From assembly GCA_964016885.1 (NCBI GenBank), contig OZ024741.1, forward strand, positions 106,020,001-106,084,000: 64,000 bases of DNA, read 5' to 3'. The DNA comes from Eledone cirrhosa (Eukaryota). A program made the translations under genes and the position numbers. The notes below the pieces were generated by a model. The model was not told where the DNA came from. It was given only the letters and a program-made list of their open reading frames with translations, and ran no database searches. Numbering within the stretch: position 1 is the first letter of the stretch; each line of letters starts with the position of its first letter. Shown here one piece after another: positions 1 to 20,535 of this stretch.

Positions 1-111
1 ATATATTGTAAATGTTGAATGATCTCATTGACAATCTCGCTGTTATGACTTTCATGGCGGAAACTATTTGGGAAAAGACATTCCAAGGGTTCTGTCAGCT
101 GGGTTAGAACT
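1..111 (-). CDS. tim: timeless coding exon 4 (runs off window), VLTQLTEPLECLFPNSFRHESHNSEIVNEIIQHLQY
   Basis: tgtgtttccag acceptor at 114-112; phase 2 is compatible with exon 3; matches TIM ILVNLTVPVECLF motif. Confidence 0.88.
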
Positions 112-1950
112 CTGGAAACACAACAGATAGAAACAGTTTAAAAATAAAGACAAACACTAACACCTACATAAATACATATTGTCTTAAAGATAGCAAGTTT
201 GGCACTGAGATTGGTCATTAATTAGTCCATATTCTTCTGTGTATGTCACGTTTTATATTGTATATGTATGCAAAAAATAAATGAAAAACAACACAAGGGA
301 AGGATACAGTACAATGAAGATATATATTAGTTTAAAACTTAATATAGTAGGAAAGGTTTTAACGTTTTTGGCATTAATCCTTCATCAGAAAATAGAATGA
401 GAGATAAAAGAAATAGAAAGATGAGAGTAAGAAGAAGAAATGGAAAAAAAATGTATTTTCGGAGGAAAGCACATGGAAGTTTAATCAGATGGCGTGTTTT
501 TTAGAAGGCTACAGAAATACAAATAGGACATTAAATGTTAAAAATAACAATAACTGAGTTGTTGGAATGTTACCATGGAGGAGTTTAATTAGCCCTTATA
601 TTTAGTGATAAAATCCCTTCAACAACAGACTAGACCTCAACACTCACTACCATACTTCATTAAACTACAATAGATACAGGGTTAATTTATATCTTATATT
701 TGTTTATTCTTTTACTCTTATTCCCCTAGGTCTGTTTTCACAATCTATGAATTAAATATACATACCCTTTAACTTCTGTACTGAAGATAATGCATTTTAT
801 TTATTACACCTAGAACCAGCCCATTCCGCATAACCGATATTAACTAGCAAATATTTCTAATAGATAAAGCGAACATCAGCAAAGTCAAAGTATTATAAAC
901 TTATATGTAATTGGAACTGGGGACAAACACTGACAATCAAATCATACAGCCAGGGTCAATATTAATTACCATCAGTTCATAACCTCATACATCAGTCCAG
1001 GTCCGACAACAGAAACTACCACAATCCTCAAATAGGCAGCTAATAGAAAATACATAATCCACCCCTTCTTATCCCTGACTACTATAACATTCCACCGAGT
1101 GAAAGCAAAGCACATACTAAAATGAGGATCTAACGTTTATGTAGCACAAACAAAGAAAACCACAAAATCATCTGAAACACTGTTAACAAAATAATTCCCA
1201 AGGAGCTTATTGACAAATAGAAAGGATTACATCTCGGTCCTTTTTGGTCAACCACTTGACATCACTAAAGCACTAACCTAACAAATTGTGAATGATGTTC
1301 TACCAATAATTACAGCCAATTTCACAAGGAAAGAACTTGAAAATTGCATCATACAAGCAGCCTTTCATTCCTTTTGTTATCAACAGAAATAATAGCTCCC
1401 TGAACTGTTTTCATTCTCTTCTTATTCTAACTACTATACTCTCAGAGCAGTCTCCTTCAATGCAAATTATATCACCTAAGGAGCAGAAGCTATCAATACT
1501 ATATTGATCGTTCATGGGAATGAAAAAATAGTTTATTACACTGATGCAAGCAGGGAAAATCAAACGTATGATGATAATGATGCTTTTAATACCAACTACA
1601 ACTGTGCATCTGCCACATACAAAGTCTATGTTTTCTGTTAGTCAACCTGCTATCCTGCTACACCTCTTGTGTACTCAAGTTTTACATTGTGTACATTAGA
1701 GTTACTAACTACTCTATTTCTAAATATCAAACAAAGCCACTTCCCTGATGAGAACAGGGTCCTGTCTCATTGCCTACTTACTAAAACTTTGGTTTTCCCC
1801 CAAGTTTGCTCTAAGCCCTTTTGATTCTAAGTTCTATTTCCAAAGCTAAACTTTCTTCTCTAGCTCTTCTACAAATTCAGCTATAAGAAGCACATCACTA
1901 GCACTTCCCATGGGCCATCAGTCTTAAACTCCTCTGTTATGGCCAGGAGA

Positions 1951-2515
1951 TCTGTATATATATAAAATTAAGTATGTGTGTGTGTGTCTGTGTATTACCT
2001 ATAGGGGCCTACATCTTACAACCGATTTTCATGAAACTTTACAGGCTCATAGATTAGTCATCGGGGAGTGTTTTCTATATATCAACGTATCGGTTTTTTA
2101 TTCCGGGGTCATTCTGCAGATAAAAATCTATAGGGGGCTCACCTTTTTTTAGGTATCGAAAAATAAGATTTTTGGCTCTAGCTCCCACATTTTGCCACCG
2201 ATTTTGTTCAAATTTTAAAGCAAAATAGAATTTATCATTGTACATCCTGTAATGGCTTTATATTTTGCATTTGTTGTTTAGGGATGGCGTGTCAGCCACT
2301 TAAATATTCAAAAATACCACTTTTAGACTTAAATTTCCACTTTTTCGGCTCTAGCTCCCACATTAATCAACTTACTTTGTTCAAATTTTACACTACGCTA
2401 GATCTGATTATTTCACGTCTTAAAGTGGCTTTACATTTTGGACTTTTTGTTCAGGAACGGCCTGGCAGCTGCTTAAATATTCGAAAATACCACCTTTGCG
2501 CTCAAATTTCCGCCT
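1951..2515 (+). mobile_element. Probable non-autonomous Helitron-like fragment with an internal ~176-bp duplication
   Basis: Starts a|TCTGTATATATATAAAA followed by (TG)n and accgattttcatgaaacttt, a typical Helitron 5' layout; ggctctagctcccacatt recurs at ~2174 and ~2348. Confidence 0.4.
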
Positions 2516-3138
<623 letters not shown>

Positions 3139-3331
3139 AATGATGACATACAAGCATGTATATATGTATATATAAATAGATAGCTATAGTTACAAACATC
3201 AGTTTATGTATGTTAGTTACAGTGTGATGTCAAGATATAAGCTTCAACAACAATATAAGCATGTATAAAGATCATTAAGTACATTTATGTCACAATATAT
3301 AGACCACACACATGTACACATGAAGCTAGAT

Positions 3332-3451
3332 GTCAGGTTAAATACTTTAATCACACCGACGTCAGGTTAAATACTTTAATCACACTGACGTCAGGTTAAA
3401 TACTTTAATCACACTGACGTCAGGTTAAATACCTTAATCACACTGACGTCA
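3332..3451. repeat. 29-bp minisatellite x4 containing TGACGTCA
   Basis: Unit gtcaggttaaatactttaatcacactgac. Confidence 0.9.
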
Positions 3452-3579
3452 CGATATATAAGCCAAAATTTAATGGTTTAGATTAGCATATGTCTGAGAA
3501 CAATCATTAAGCAGATTAAACTTTTACAGTATATTAACCTCATGGTATTATATTGATATTGAATAACAAGACATCAAAT

Positions 3580-3945
3580 TTTGATTGAATATTAAACTCA
3601 TCAAAATGTAGATACAATTATTGTAAATATACACTCTATAGTGAATGTTTTATCTATATACACATCCAATGTCAGTGATTGATTATTGAACTGATCAAAA
3701 TATAAATATACTGTAAATATAAACTTTAGAAATGAATGATTTATCTACACATCCAATAAGATACATGACAGTGATTGATTATTGAACTGATCAAAATGTA
3801 AATATATTGTAAATATAAACTTTAGAGATGGATGTTTTATCTATATATACATCTAGTAAGATACCTGACAGTGATTGATTATTGAACTGATCAACACGCA
3901 GATATAATTATTGAAAACATACACTCTAAAGATGGATGTTTTATC
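3580..3945. repeat. ~100-bp diverged tandem repeat, about 4 units
   Basis: gtgattgattattgaactgatcaa recurs at ~3674, 3771 and 3871. Confidence 0.75.
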
Positions 3946-4439
3946 AGTTTAAAGTGAAACGTTCAGTTCTTCCTGTGGATATAGTTTGGAAAGGGGTGAA
4001 CTCCACAAGGTTAAATTATATTTACAACAGACTAGTGTCCTATCCCTGAGGAGAATTATTCCATATTCCACATGAAGAAGACAGGAAATAAACTCTAGTT
4101 TTTAATATTAATCCTTGAATAATATTGTCATTTCTTCACATTATTTTTAATTATTTAATATTCACATGAAATCTATTTCTATTTTGTTTTATATTTTTTG
4201 TAATATAAGATATGAATTTGAAATGAAAGAGGAGAGAGAGAAGGAGGAAGATAAAAATATGCTAAGGAATCAAAAGTTTGTATATATTTTTTAGATTGCT
4301 TCTTATGAACAACAGATGGTAGCATTTTCTGGGAATTATCCTACGGCGATATATAAATGGTAATATTCCAACATTTCTATATTACTCGCTTTCTTAACAT
4401 TAAAAAAATATATATATTTACATATGAATAATAATTGTT

Positions 4440-4620
4440 TCTACTTTAGGCACAAGGCCAGCAATTACCCAGTGCATTACTGGTACTCTATTTTATCGAC
4501 CCCGTAAGGATGAAAGGCAAAGTCAACCTCGGCGAGATTTGAACTCAGATCGTAAAGGGCCGTAACTATGCTGCAAAGCATGGCGTCCGACCCTCTACCG
4601 ATACTACCAATCCACCGCAT
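4440..4620 (-). mobile_element. SINE family B (ctgagttcaaat...ctttgcctttcatcc...gataaaataaagtaccag)
   Basis: Same core recurs at ~5750-5930, 5970-6175, 24520-24640, 33190-33390, 33670-33800, 45890-46040, 46740-46900, 47825-48090, 49030-49390 and 54078-54350; B-box-like GAGTTCAAATC. Confidence 0.7.
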
Positions 4621-5294
4621 ATGAATAATAATCTTAACTAAACATTTCCAGATTTGGTTATTTTATCAGAAGTTACCTCAATAAACTGCAAATTATTTTA
4701 ATGGCATGGAGCCAGCCAGCTTGGCTATATTTACCTTTCTCATGCTCATTATTATACTTCACAGAATGACCAATTCTGAGAACAGCTATTAACACTTTCT
4801 TACCAGCCAGTCCTAACCCAAATCGGCCATTTTTATTTAAAACACCCAGGACTTTTATTTAAATCAAAACCCACCAACATAATTCTATATAAGAACATTT
4901 TAAGTTATGTTAAAGCCTTCAAATGTTTCATTACTTAATTGAAACAATGTATTTGTGCTTAGAAGTTTGGTCATGAAAGGATAGAGAAAATTATGTTTCC
5001 AGAGTATCTCTGCTAATACCTGAATGTCTCATTCCTAGATGTGTATATAATTAGGGATTTTAGTTTATAATGTATCTACACATTATTTCTATATAATCCA
5101 TCTCTGCTAGTACTCAAATGTCTCATTCCTAGATGTTAGTATAACTGGAGTGTCCAGGTGTCTTCTTCCTAGATGTCTATACAATCCCTGACTAGATTCT
5201 ATGTAGGAAGATTTATTTTTAAAATTATTACTAAGAATCTTATTACTTTTAGTTTAGAAATAAAGGTTCCTGGTTTCAATCAGGTCTGGGATAT

Positions 5295-5550
5295 CATTAT
5301 CATTGTTTAATGTCCATCTTCCATGCTAGTATGGGTAGGTTGACTCTTAGCTCATGTTTAGCTCACCTGGGGCAGATTTTGGCTTGGTTTCTACAGCTGG
5401 ATGCCATTCCTAATGCCAACCACATTTACAGTGTGTGCTGGGTGCTTTTTGTTGTGTCACCTACACGACCACATTACAGTGTGGATTGAACACCTTTTGT
5501 TGTCGCCGACATGACCACTTTACAGAGTAGACTGGGCGCTTTTGTCTTGG
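5295..5550 (-). mobile_element. Degenerate RTE 3' UTR fragment
   Basis: (cat)n tail and tttctacagctggatgcc..ctaatgccaacc motif as in the other RTE ends. Confidence 0.65.
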
Positions 5551-6596
5551 AACTAGGGAGGGAGGAGGAGGAAGCTTGGGGAAATTGTGGACATAGGTAA
5601 TAGAGGAGGGATGGTTACCACAATGGTAGGTGTATGAGAGGGGAGAAGGTATTGCCTATTAGATATATGCCTCAGCTCAAGCATATATATCGAATAATAG
5701 GATACCTTTCAGTGATTAATTATTGAACTTAGTTACTGCTATTTAGATTGGCAGAATTGTTAGTGCCAGACAAAATACTTTGCTGCATTTGTTGTTTTTT
5801 TTTATGTTCTGAGTTCAACTTTGCCTTTTATCTGCCCAAGGTTAATAAAATAAAGTACCAATCAAGTACTGGGGCTGATTTAATTGACTTTCCCCTCCCC
5901 ACAAATTGCTGGCTGTGTGGTTAAATTAGAAATTATTATTATTATTTGGTAGAATTGTTAAAGAGGACAGCGAATTAGGAGAATCAATAGGGCACCAGAT
6001 AAAATGTTTAACAGTATTTAGTTTCATCTCTTAAGTTTTGATTTCAAATCCCACCAAGATCAACTTTATCTTTCATCCTGTCAGAGTCAATAAAGTAAAG
6101 TACCAGTTAAGTACTGGGGTTGATTTAACCGATTCTTCCCCTCACAAAATTTTTGGCCTTGTGCTTAAATTTGAAACACCACAACTAAACATTCTGAATG
6201 GATTATGAGAAGTATGTACAGAAGATACTAGACTCTAACAGCAAACATTTTGATAAGCTTAGCCTTAAAAATTTCTAATTTTATTTTAATTTTGTTATTT
6301 GATTTTACATGTCATTTCTTCATTTTTATGTTTTCCCTTCAAATAATATACATAGGTATAGACATGACTATGGGGTTAAAATTATCGCTTCACAACCAAG
6401 TAATAGATTCAGTCCCACTATGTAGCACCTTGAGCAAGTGTCTTTTACTATACTCTTGGGTTGAATAATGTCTTGGGAGTAGAATTTGATAAACAGAAAC
6501 TGTTTGGAAGCCACTTCATTAAGCAACAACAATGCTCAATAAAATAATCTACCATATTAATTCACAAACAAAGACATTACAGCAAAATATACTTAC

Positions 6597-6658
6597 TTAA
6601 CAATTAACATAAAGATGTCATCTGTTACGTCAGAACTCTTCAAAATTGGAATTATATC
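6597..6658 (-). CDS. tim: timeless coding exon 3, DIIPILKSSDVTDDIFMLIV(K)
   Basis: ttttctag acceptor and gtaagt donor; 62 nt takes phase 0 to phase 2; matches TIM DLIPLL motif. Confidence 0.9.
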
Positions 6659-7158
6659 CTAGAAAAGATAAAGAAAAGAACTAAATGTCAACAATACAGC
6701 CTATTATGATAATAGATTTAAGGTTGTGGATCATGTTAATGTCTTTCTCAAGCCTAGTCTCATCAGGCTGGAACATATCCCAGTTTCATGGGGTATTAAG
6801 TGACAGAGTACAAGACTTTCCCTGGATAGGACACCAGTCCATTGCAGCGGTAATACCAAGCTTCATCAGAGTGGAACATATCCCAGTTTCAACTGGTGTT
6901 AAGTGACAGAGTACAAGATTCCTTCCTGGATAAGACACCAGTCCATTGCAGAGTTAATACCCAACTGTTGCTGTTTGTTTTAAATGGATGGACTGAAGCA
7001 ACCTGGGATGATGTGACTTGCTCAATGACAATGCACTGCCCAGTTGAGGGATTGATCCCACATTACTATTATGAGCCCAATATGCTAATCACAAGGCCAC
7101 ATGCTTACCCCAATCAACCCATTTTTAATTGTTATTTTAGAAATAAAAGCTTGCTTAC

Positions 7159-7253
7159 TGTGTTAATCATATGATATATGCTCTTCTGGCGCCGAAACGA
7201 TCTGATGTGAGCATCTTCATTCTTCAGTTTGCCAATGATTTCTTGTAAAGTTT
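7159..7253 (-). CDS. tim: timeless coding exon 2, ETLQEIIGKLKNEDAHIRSFRRQKSIYHMINT
   Basis: ttttcag acceptor and gtaagc donor; 95 nt takes phase 1 to phase 0; matches TIM motif L.EI..KL..ED...R.FRR. Confidence 0.9.
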
Positions 7254-7904
7254 CTGAAAATATATTTAAAACAAACTTCAGAGTTGTGTTTGTTTGGTAA
7301 CGTAACTTCATCTGAGACTGGTCAGTTGAAAGTAAAGCAATCACTTCATAGCAGAACCCTTTTAAGCATTAAAAAACCACACATAACTGTTATATTCTTT
7401 TTTTCATTTATTTCATAGCCAAATGTAATAGAACTGTAATAAGTGACTAGGTCACAGAGTGTGTGATGAAAATGTTGACACATGAAATACATTTAAAAGT
7501 GAATGTAACAGTTTTTGTCGTGTTTTTTTTTAATGGCTAAAACAATGACTAAAATGTACAAGCTTCTGTTTCACCACAAAATACAATAAAAAATATTTTA
7601 ACTATATCTCAATCCACCTTTCTTAGTTGTGTAGAATTTATCAAAAATAAGAAACACAAACTTCTCTAGTACCTAATAAAGATATTGTTTAATCCTTTCA
7701 TGACCATATTTCTAATGAATTTCAAATAATTTGATACTAAACCATTCAAACCTCAAGTCAAATATATGGTACATATAATACTGTGAGTATCTCAGTTTTT
7801 AGAATAGGTACACTATATCCCTGCAAGTCGTACAAAGTTACTAAAAGTGTTGATAAAAAAGCTTAATTTCTAAATTTTTAAATATTTTTATATCAACTAT
7901 TAAC

Positions 7905-8100
7905 ATGCTGAGGAGTGGCCATGAGAAACATTTTAAAGACCAACTGAAGCACATCCTCACTGTTTGTGCAATTCCTGCTAAAGATCTTGAAAGACTTGCT
8001 GTAGATTGGAAGGTGTGGAAAAGTGTTACCTACAATGGTGTGCAGCAGTTTGAAGCTGAACAATTTAAGCAACCAGATTATCAAAGGACAGCAGCTTGTC
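7905..8100 (+). mobile_element. RTE/BovB-like LINE C-terminal fragment
   Basis: KHFKDQLKHIL...LAVDWKVWKSVTYNGVQQFE resembles the BovB-type ORF end. Confidence 0.6.
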
Positions 8101-8125
8101 ATTATCTCCAAATTCACTCTCCTAA

Positions 8126-8951
8126 CATCATCATCATCATCATCGTTTAACGTCTATCTTCCACGCTAGCATGGGTTTAGACGGAAATTGTCCCACTTGA
8201 GGCAAGATTGGTTTGTCTTGCTCGTGTAGGACTGTCTGGCAGGTTTTCTACGGCTGGATGCCCTTCTTAACACCAACCATGTTTACAGTGTGGACTGGGA
8301 GGTTTTTACCGTGTTACCTACATGGCCACATTAAAGTGTAGACTGTGTTTTTTTGTCGTGACACCTACACGACCTCATTTATTTAGGACTGGATGTAGCA
8401 GTACCAACATAACTTTACAGCAAAAGGGGTGGTGTAGATGGGGGTGGGGGGATGGTGGTGTATTTTGGTTAAGAGATGCCTACTGACTGTAGGTTTCGCT
8501 TTGTACTTAGGCAAGGCGGGTCTTCTGTATTACTGTGTAGTGCCAAAGATCTCGGTCCAGTGACATTGTCTTGGAGAGGTGTAAGTGTGTAAGGTCGGAA
8601 TTTATCAATTTGTCCCAGGTTTTTCTGGGTCTGCCTACTCCGTGACTACCGTCTAGTTTGATCGCCCCGCACTATTTTATACAGCTATCGTCTTTCATGC
8701 GCATCACGTGATCATACCAATGTAGTCTTCTCTCAAGTAAACAGCATCTGATCCCTCTTATTCCTCATTTCTCACTTAATTCATTTCTGCTTTGCCATTC
8801 ACGTATATTACTATTACACATCCAATGGAGCATGCAAGCTTCGTTCCGCTCCAGTCTGCGTAGATCCTCTGCACACAATGCCCATGTCTCACTGCCATGT
8901 AACATTGCTGTTCATATGCAGGCATCATACAATCTGCCTTTCATTTTTAGA
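8126..8951 (-). mobile_element. 5'-truncated RTE LINE in a tim intron
   Basis: Reverse complement of 57150-57930 (ORF end, 3' UTR and (gat)n tail). Confidence 0.9.
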
Positions 8952-9385
8952 CTGTATCAGTAACAATGTTTTTGTTTTTTATTCTTTGTCCAGCTTGTTC
9001 TTTTTTCTATCACATATACTTGTGTCATATTTGTGTGCTCATCAGGCTGTGGTTGATATAAATAATAGGGAGAAGCAACATCATCATCAAATCAATAAAC
9101 TGCCATGAAATATATGCAGTTTATGCCTGGTCAGAAGAGAAACATTTAGGCCAAAAGAGATGGGACCTCTGTCAGACTTTACAATGAGCATTCAGTTATT
9201 TGATCAACTGAACAGTTTGTTAATATTTAAATGTCTGAGTTATCCACAGACATATATCCTTAACGTAATTCTCAGGCAAAATCAGTATGACATAATATGG
9301 ACATGAGACCTGGTAATTGTGAAGCAAACTTCTTACTAACCCAATCATGCTTATGTCCAAAAATAGTCAATATCTGCTAACTTAC

Positions 9386-9491
9386 CTTCACATTCATCAG
9401 CAATAATATATTCATCGTCCAACAGACAACCTAAACCCGAATGAATGCTTCGGATTCCATCAACATTCATTAAATTCCACTCCATAATCAT
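9386..9491 (-). CDS. tim: timeless (tim1-type) first coding exon, MIMEWNLMNVDGIRSIHSGLGCLLDDEYIIADECE
   Basis: Acceptor ttctattgtag precedes 9516; an in-frame TGA lies upstream of the ATG at 9491 (second ATG at 9485); donor G|gtaagt at 9385. Translation resembles the Drosophila TIM N-terminus (MDW...LGCLEGDTYVV) as I recall it. Confidence 0.88.
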
Positions 9492-11244
9492 AAAATCCGT
9501 TTTCTTGATTCAAGATCTACAATAGAAAAAACAACAGCAGCATTAACAATAAGAAACCAAAGGACAAGACATTAACTGAAAATGTTAAGATCAAGTAATA
9601 CACTGGCACATTGTAATTGTGATGTAGTGATTCTTAAAGTGATACTACTGGTGGATGTGGTGATGGTGGTGGTGGCAATAGTGAGCTGTGGTAGTGGTGG
9701 TTGTGGTAATAGTGATGGTGGTGATGTGTTGTAGTGGTGGTGGTGGTAATGGTGGATCAATGTAAAGGGAATGGTGATGGAGAAAAAGGGTTCAAAGAAT
9801 ACAAATTAATGGCTAATGCTAAAAACTATCACCATTAATTATTAAAGAAATGCTTCAATAAAACAAAGACATTTTAAATTTAATTTTTAAATCTAATTTC
9901 TCATGCATATTTTTTATCAACTTTACACTGGAGTAGAAAGAAGGACTAATAAAATATATTCTTTAAAAGGGGACTGTAGTCCAAAATGTTCAGAAACTTC
10001 TGCATAAACTAATACTAAAATAAACACATGTACTACTATTATAGCTAATAGTAAGTACTACTACTACTACAACTAACAACACCACTATTGTAATTGTGAT
10101 GGTATTTGTCAGGAGCTTACACATCTCACCTAATGATGGGAGGGGGGTACTAGCTGGAGGGAGGAGAGCTTATATTTCACATCTGACCTGAGCCTATTAT
10201 CAGTTTTGTCAGAAGCCTACATTTCACATTGGACTTGGTGCCTATTATAAACTTTAGATATCTACATTTCCTGTCATGGCCTTTTGGTAACTGTGTGAAA
10301 TAGAGATGCGGGTTGTATAACTGACTAAACTCTTAAGAGAGTCAGACTAACAGCTGAAATAACAAGTCTCCAGTGCTGTGTTGTGTTTCTGTAATTCTTT
10401 CTCGGCCAGTCTATCTAGGTGTACGTAAAATACCTACATCATAACTAGTTACAGCTCACTTTAGTAATGAACAGGGACATTGCATAATTGATAAGTATTT
10501 CCATTAGTTGACATTGAGCCTTGCAATATGTATCATATTTAGAAGATATACACCGAATCACTGTGTGTCCTAATAAGTGACTAAAATTATTGCACCAAGA
10601 TGGGCATCTGGCTATAAAACAAAAGTACCCCCATGTTGAGTCTACAGTCTGTTCTGAGGTACAAAAGGGTAAACCCTGCTTTAATAAGAAAAATGACCTC
10701 AAGACATTTGTGTGTCATTACATTGGGTGAAGATAAGAAATTATTCCAGTGGTGAGTCCCAAGTTCCAATTATCTCAGTGAACCTTCACATGTGGGAAGA
10801 TTGCACTGATACAGACATGTGATATACATGAAGGTTGACATTTGGGTATCGAAGTATTAAGTGACTCAAGTGGAAGAGAACAAACAGGGGAGACAAAGGA
10901 AGATGTGGTAAAATCTGATCTCAAGAATGAGATGAGAAAAGACTGCAACAAATGGAGAGCAGGGGTACAAGGGAAGGTTTGTTTAATATATGCAACCAGC
11001 AAAATTAGACTTAAAAGTAATCATGAGAATGGGAAGTGAGTATTTTTGTAGAAAAACTGGTTTTCATAAGGGTTATATATGTGTATGTGTGCATGAATTC
11101 ATGTGAGTGTGCGTGCATGTGCATGTATGTGAGCGCGTGTGAAGATATGTGAGTGAATGTGTGTGAAGGGGAGTGTATGTGTGTGTGTGAAGGGGAGTGT
11201 ATGTGTGAATGTGAAGGGGGGAGTGTGTGTGAATGTGAAGGGGG

Positions 11245-11304
<60 letters not shown>

Positions 11305-12424
11305 TTCTTTTTATTCCTATTGTGTTAGTTCAACATTTATAAAGCCAGTGTGAAAGGAGTGGATTACGCTTCCATAGTTATATGTTGCACGTGCATGTAT
11401 GTACACATGCACAGAGACAAAAACCACATATATACATGTATACATAAATACACATGATTATATACACAAGTATACAAAAACATACAACATATATAGATAT
11501 ACACAAACACACACACATATACATAGATACACATACTTATATACACAAGTATACATACAAATACCTAGTAGAAATGGAATATCTGTGAATTAGACATTAT
11601 TAATCTAATATCAGGAACTCAAATACACTGCAAGTATTTGGTTGTTTTTGTAAAGAATATTTACATTGACTGCGTTTTATTGTTTTCTATCTGTTTCTGT
11701 TCTTATATAAATATCTTTCTTTCTATGTGTGTGTGACCCCATCTGTCATTTGCCAAGAAGGAACAGAGACACCATAAAATGAGATGTCTTTTTAGGCTTG
11801 CAGTGGACAAAACAACCTTTTTAGTATTGGTGCTTCAATAAAATACACCCATTACACACTGAAGTGGGTAGATCTAACAGATACAACAAAGCAGAGAAAA
11901 CTATTTAGCCTAGTTGAGAACATAACATACTCTCTAGTACTAGCATATCCATTAAATGCACCCTGTACACTCTGTAAATTATCTATTTAAGAAAGGCATC
12001 TGGTTATAGAAACCTTGCCAAAGATTGTAACATATGAGCAAGATGCGCTTGTATGTTAAATCTGGGAGAGCAGTAATTCTGAATAACCACTGAATCAGAC
12101 TGTAATGACTCTTCCAATCCATGCCAACATAAAATGACGATGGTGAGGTATATGTGTATATGAGGGAGTATGACTAAGTGTAAATACGCATGTGTGTATT
12201 TTCCAGACATTCCTGATGATATCATATGAATGAAACAGTTCTAGTTCTGTAGAAATCATTTCTATATGAAATATATATAAATAGAGGGTAAAAAACCCCT
12301 TCGGTTACAAATAACCAATGGCAAGGTGTTTGTTGAAGACCAGCAGTTGCCCATGTAAATCATTCTCCCTTCTCCATGCCACTGATGTTCAAAGAAAAGG
12401 AAAAGGTGCTAATACAACTTAGCA

Positions 12425-12565
12425 CAAGTGATATCACAACTCATTTCTACAGCTGAGTGAACTGGAGCAATGTGAAATAAAGTGTCTTGCTTAAAGACAG
12501 CGCACTGCCCAGACCAGAAATTGAACTCACGACTTCATGATTGTGAAGCCAATGATCTAACCAGT
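12425..12565 (-). mobile_element. Partial SINE family A-related head
   Basis: ctcatttctacagctgagtgaactggagcaatgtgaaataaagtgtcttgct matches SINE A in reverse. Confidence 0.7.
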
Positions 12566-12570
12566 AAAAC

Positions 12571-12630
<60 letters not shown>

Positions 12631-13261
12631 GTACACGTCACATATATTGTGTAGAGAAATCAATAGTCAATTAGTGTCAATATTGTATAAATGAAGAGAG
12701 GGAGAGAGAGAGAGAGAGAGAGACAGAAATAAAAATGAAGAGAGAGGCGGGTGACAAATAAAGGAAGCCGAGGGACAAAGAGAAATAGAGGATGAGTGAG
12801 AAAGAAAAACAAGGGGGAAGCAATGCGTGTGTTAAAATGAAAGAGAAAGATAAGGAATAGGTAAAGAGAGGAGAGGTGAGAGTGGGAAAATGAATGAGAA
12901 CCGACTAAAACACGTGCCGAGAGAAAACGTTGGAAGAGAAATTAGGTGGATTGAGTAAAGTAGATGGGAATGTGGTAGTGGTGGAGGTGGTTATGACGTA
13001 ATTGGTGAGGATGGAGCTAGTGGATATAAAAAGTACACACACGCATACACACATACATATATATATAGAATACACACATACACACACGTATACATATACA
13101 CACATATATACATACATAAACACATATATACATACATACACACACACACACACATACACACATATATATACATACGCACACATGCATATATATATATATG
13201 CATATATATATATACAGACATATATATATAATATATATATATATATACACACACACATATA

Positions 13262-13495
13262 TCATCATCATCATCATCGTTTTACGTCCGTTCTTCCACA
13301 CTAGCATGGGTTAGACGGGTTGTCCTGTTGTGGGCAGTGTCTGGTCGGCTGACCATGCCTTGCTCATACAGGAACTGATTTGGCTTGATTTCTACAGCTG
13401 GATGCCCTTCCTAACACCAACCTCATTTACAGTGAGAGCTGGGTGCTTTTTCGTGGCGCCTACACGTGTACTTTACAGTGTGGGCTGGGTGCTTT

Positions 13496-13497
<2 letters not shown>
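13262..13497 (-). mobile_element. RTE 3' UTR fragment (second UTR subtype)
   Basis: Nearly identical to 52128-52370; (cat)n tail. Confidence 0.85.
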
Positions 13498-20164
<6,667 letters not shown>

Positions 20165-20400
20165 TTGTTGAGTGCTTCCAATCTATTGTAAAACTCATTC
20201 TTTGATTTATTCATTGAACCTTGTTTAACCTTTAAATATATATATATATATATATATGTAAGTAGAAGGGATACTTAATTTATTGGAAATTCAACAAATA
20301 TAAATGTTTATAACTGATTCAGAGCACTCGACAGTTTTCTGGAGTAAATGATATTGAATGATATTAAATAAATGGAAACTATATTTATAAAACCATATCT

Positions 20401-20460
20401 ATTCTATTATATATATTTCAAGGGTACCAAAAACTTTGGTACGCTTTCATCAGATAAAAT
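20401..20460 (-). ncRNA. Type I hammerhead ribozyme motif
   Basis: attttat CTGATGA aagcgtaccaaagtttttggtaccctt GAAA tatatat A atagaat: 7-bp stem I, long stem II, palindromic stem III, AUA site. Confidence 0.8.
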
Positions 20461-20535
20461 ACAAAGTGTGTTTTATAAATTTTGACATAGCCAAAGAAAC
20501 ATACCTTATCAGTTGGATTTTTGGACTATCCAAGG

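Noticed and set aside
1744-1772. CTGATGA followed by a hairpin
   Set aside because: The hairpin is followed by attg rather than GAAA.
4735-4776. Possible extra tim exon (ctcag...gtaaat on the minus strand)
   Set aside because: Its translation does not resemble TIM, it would change phase, and exon 3 joins exon 4 colinearly without it.
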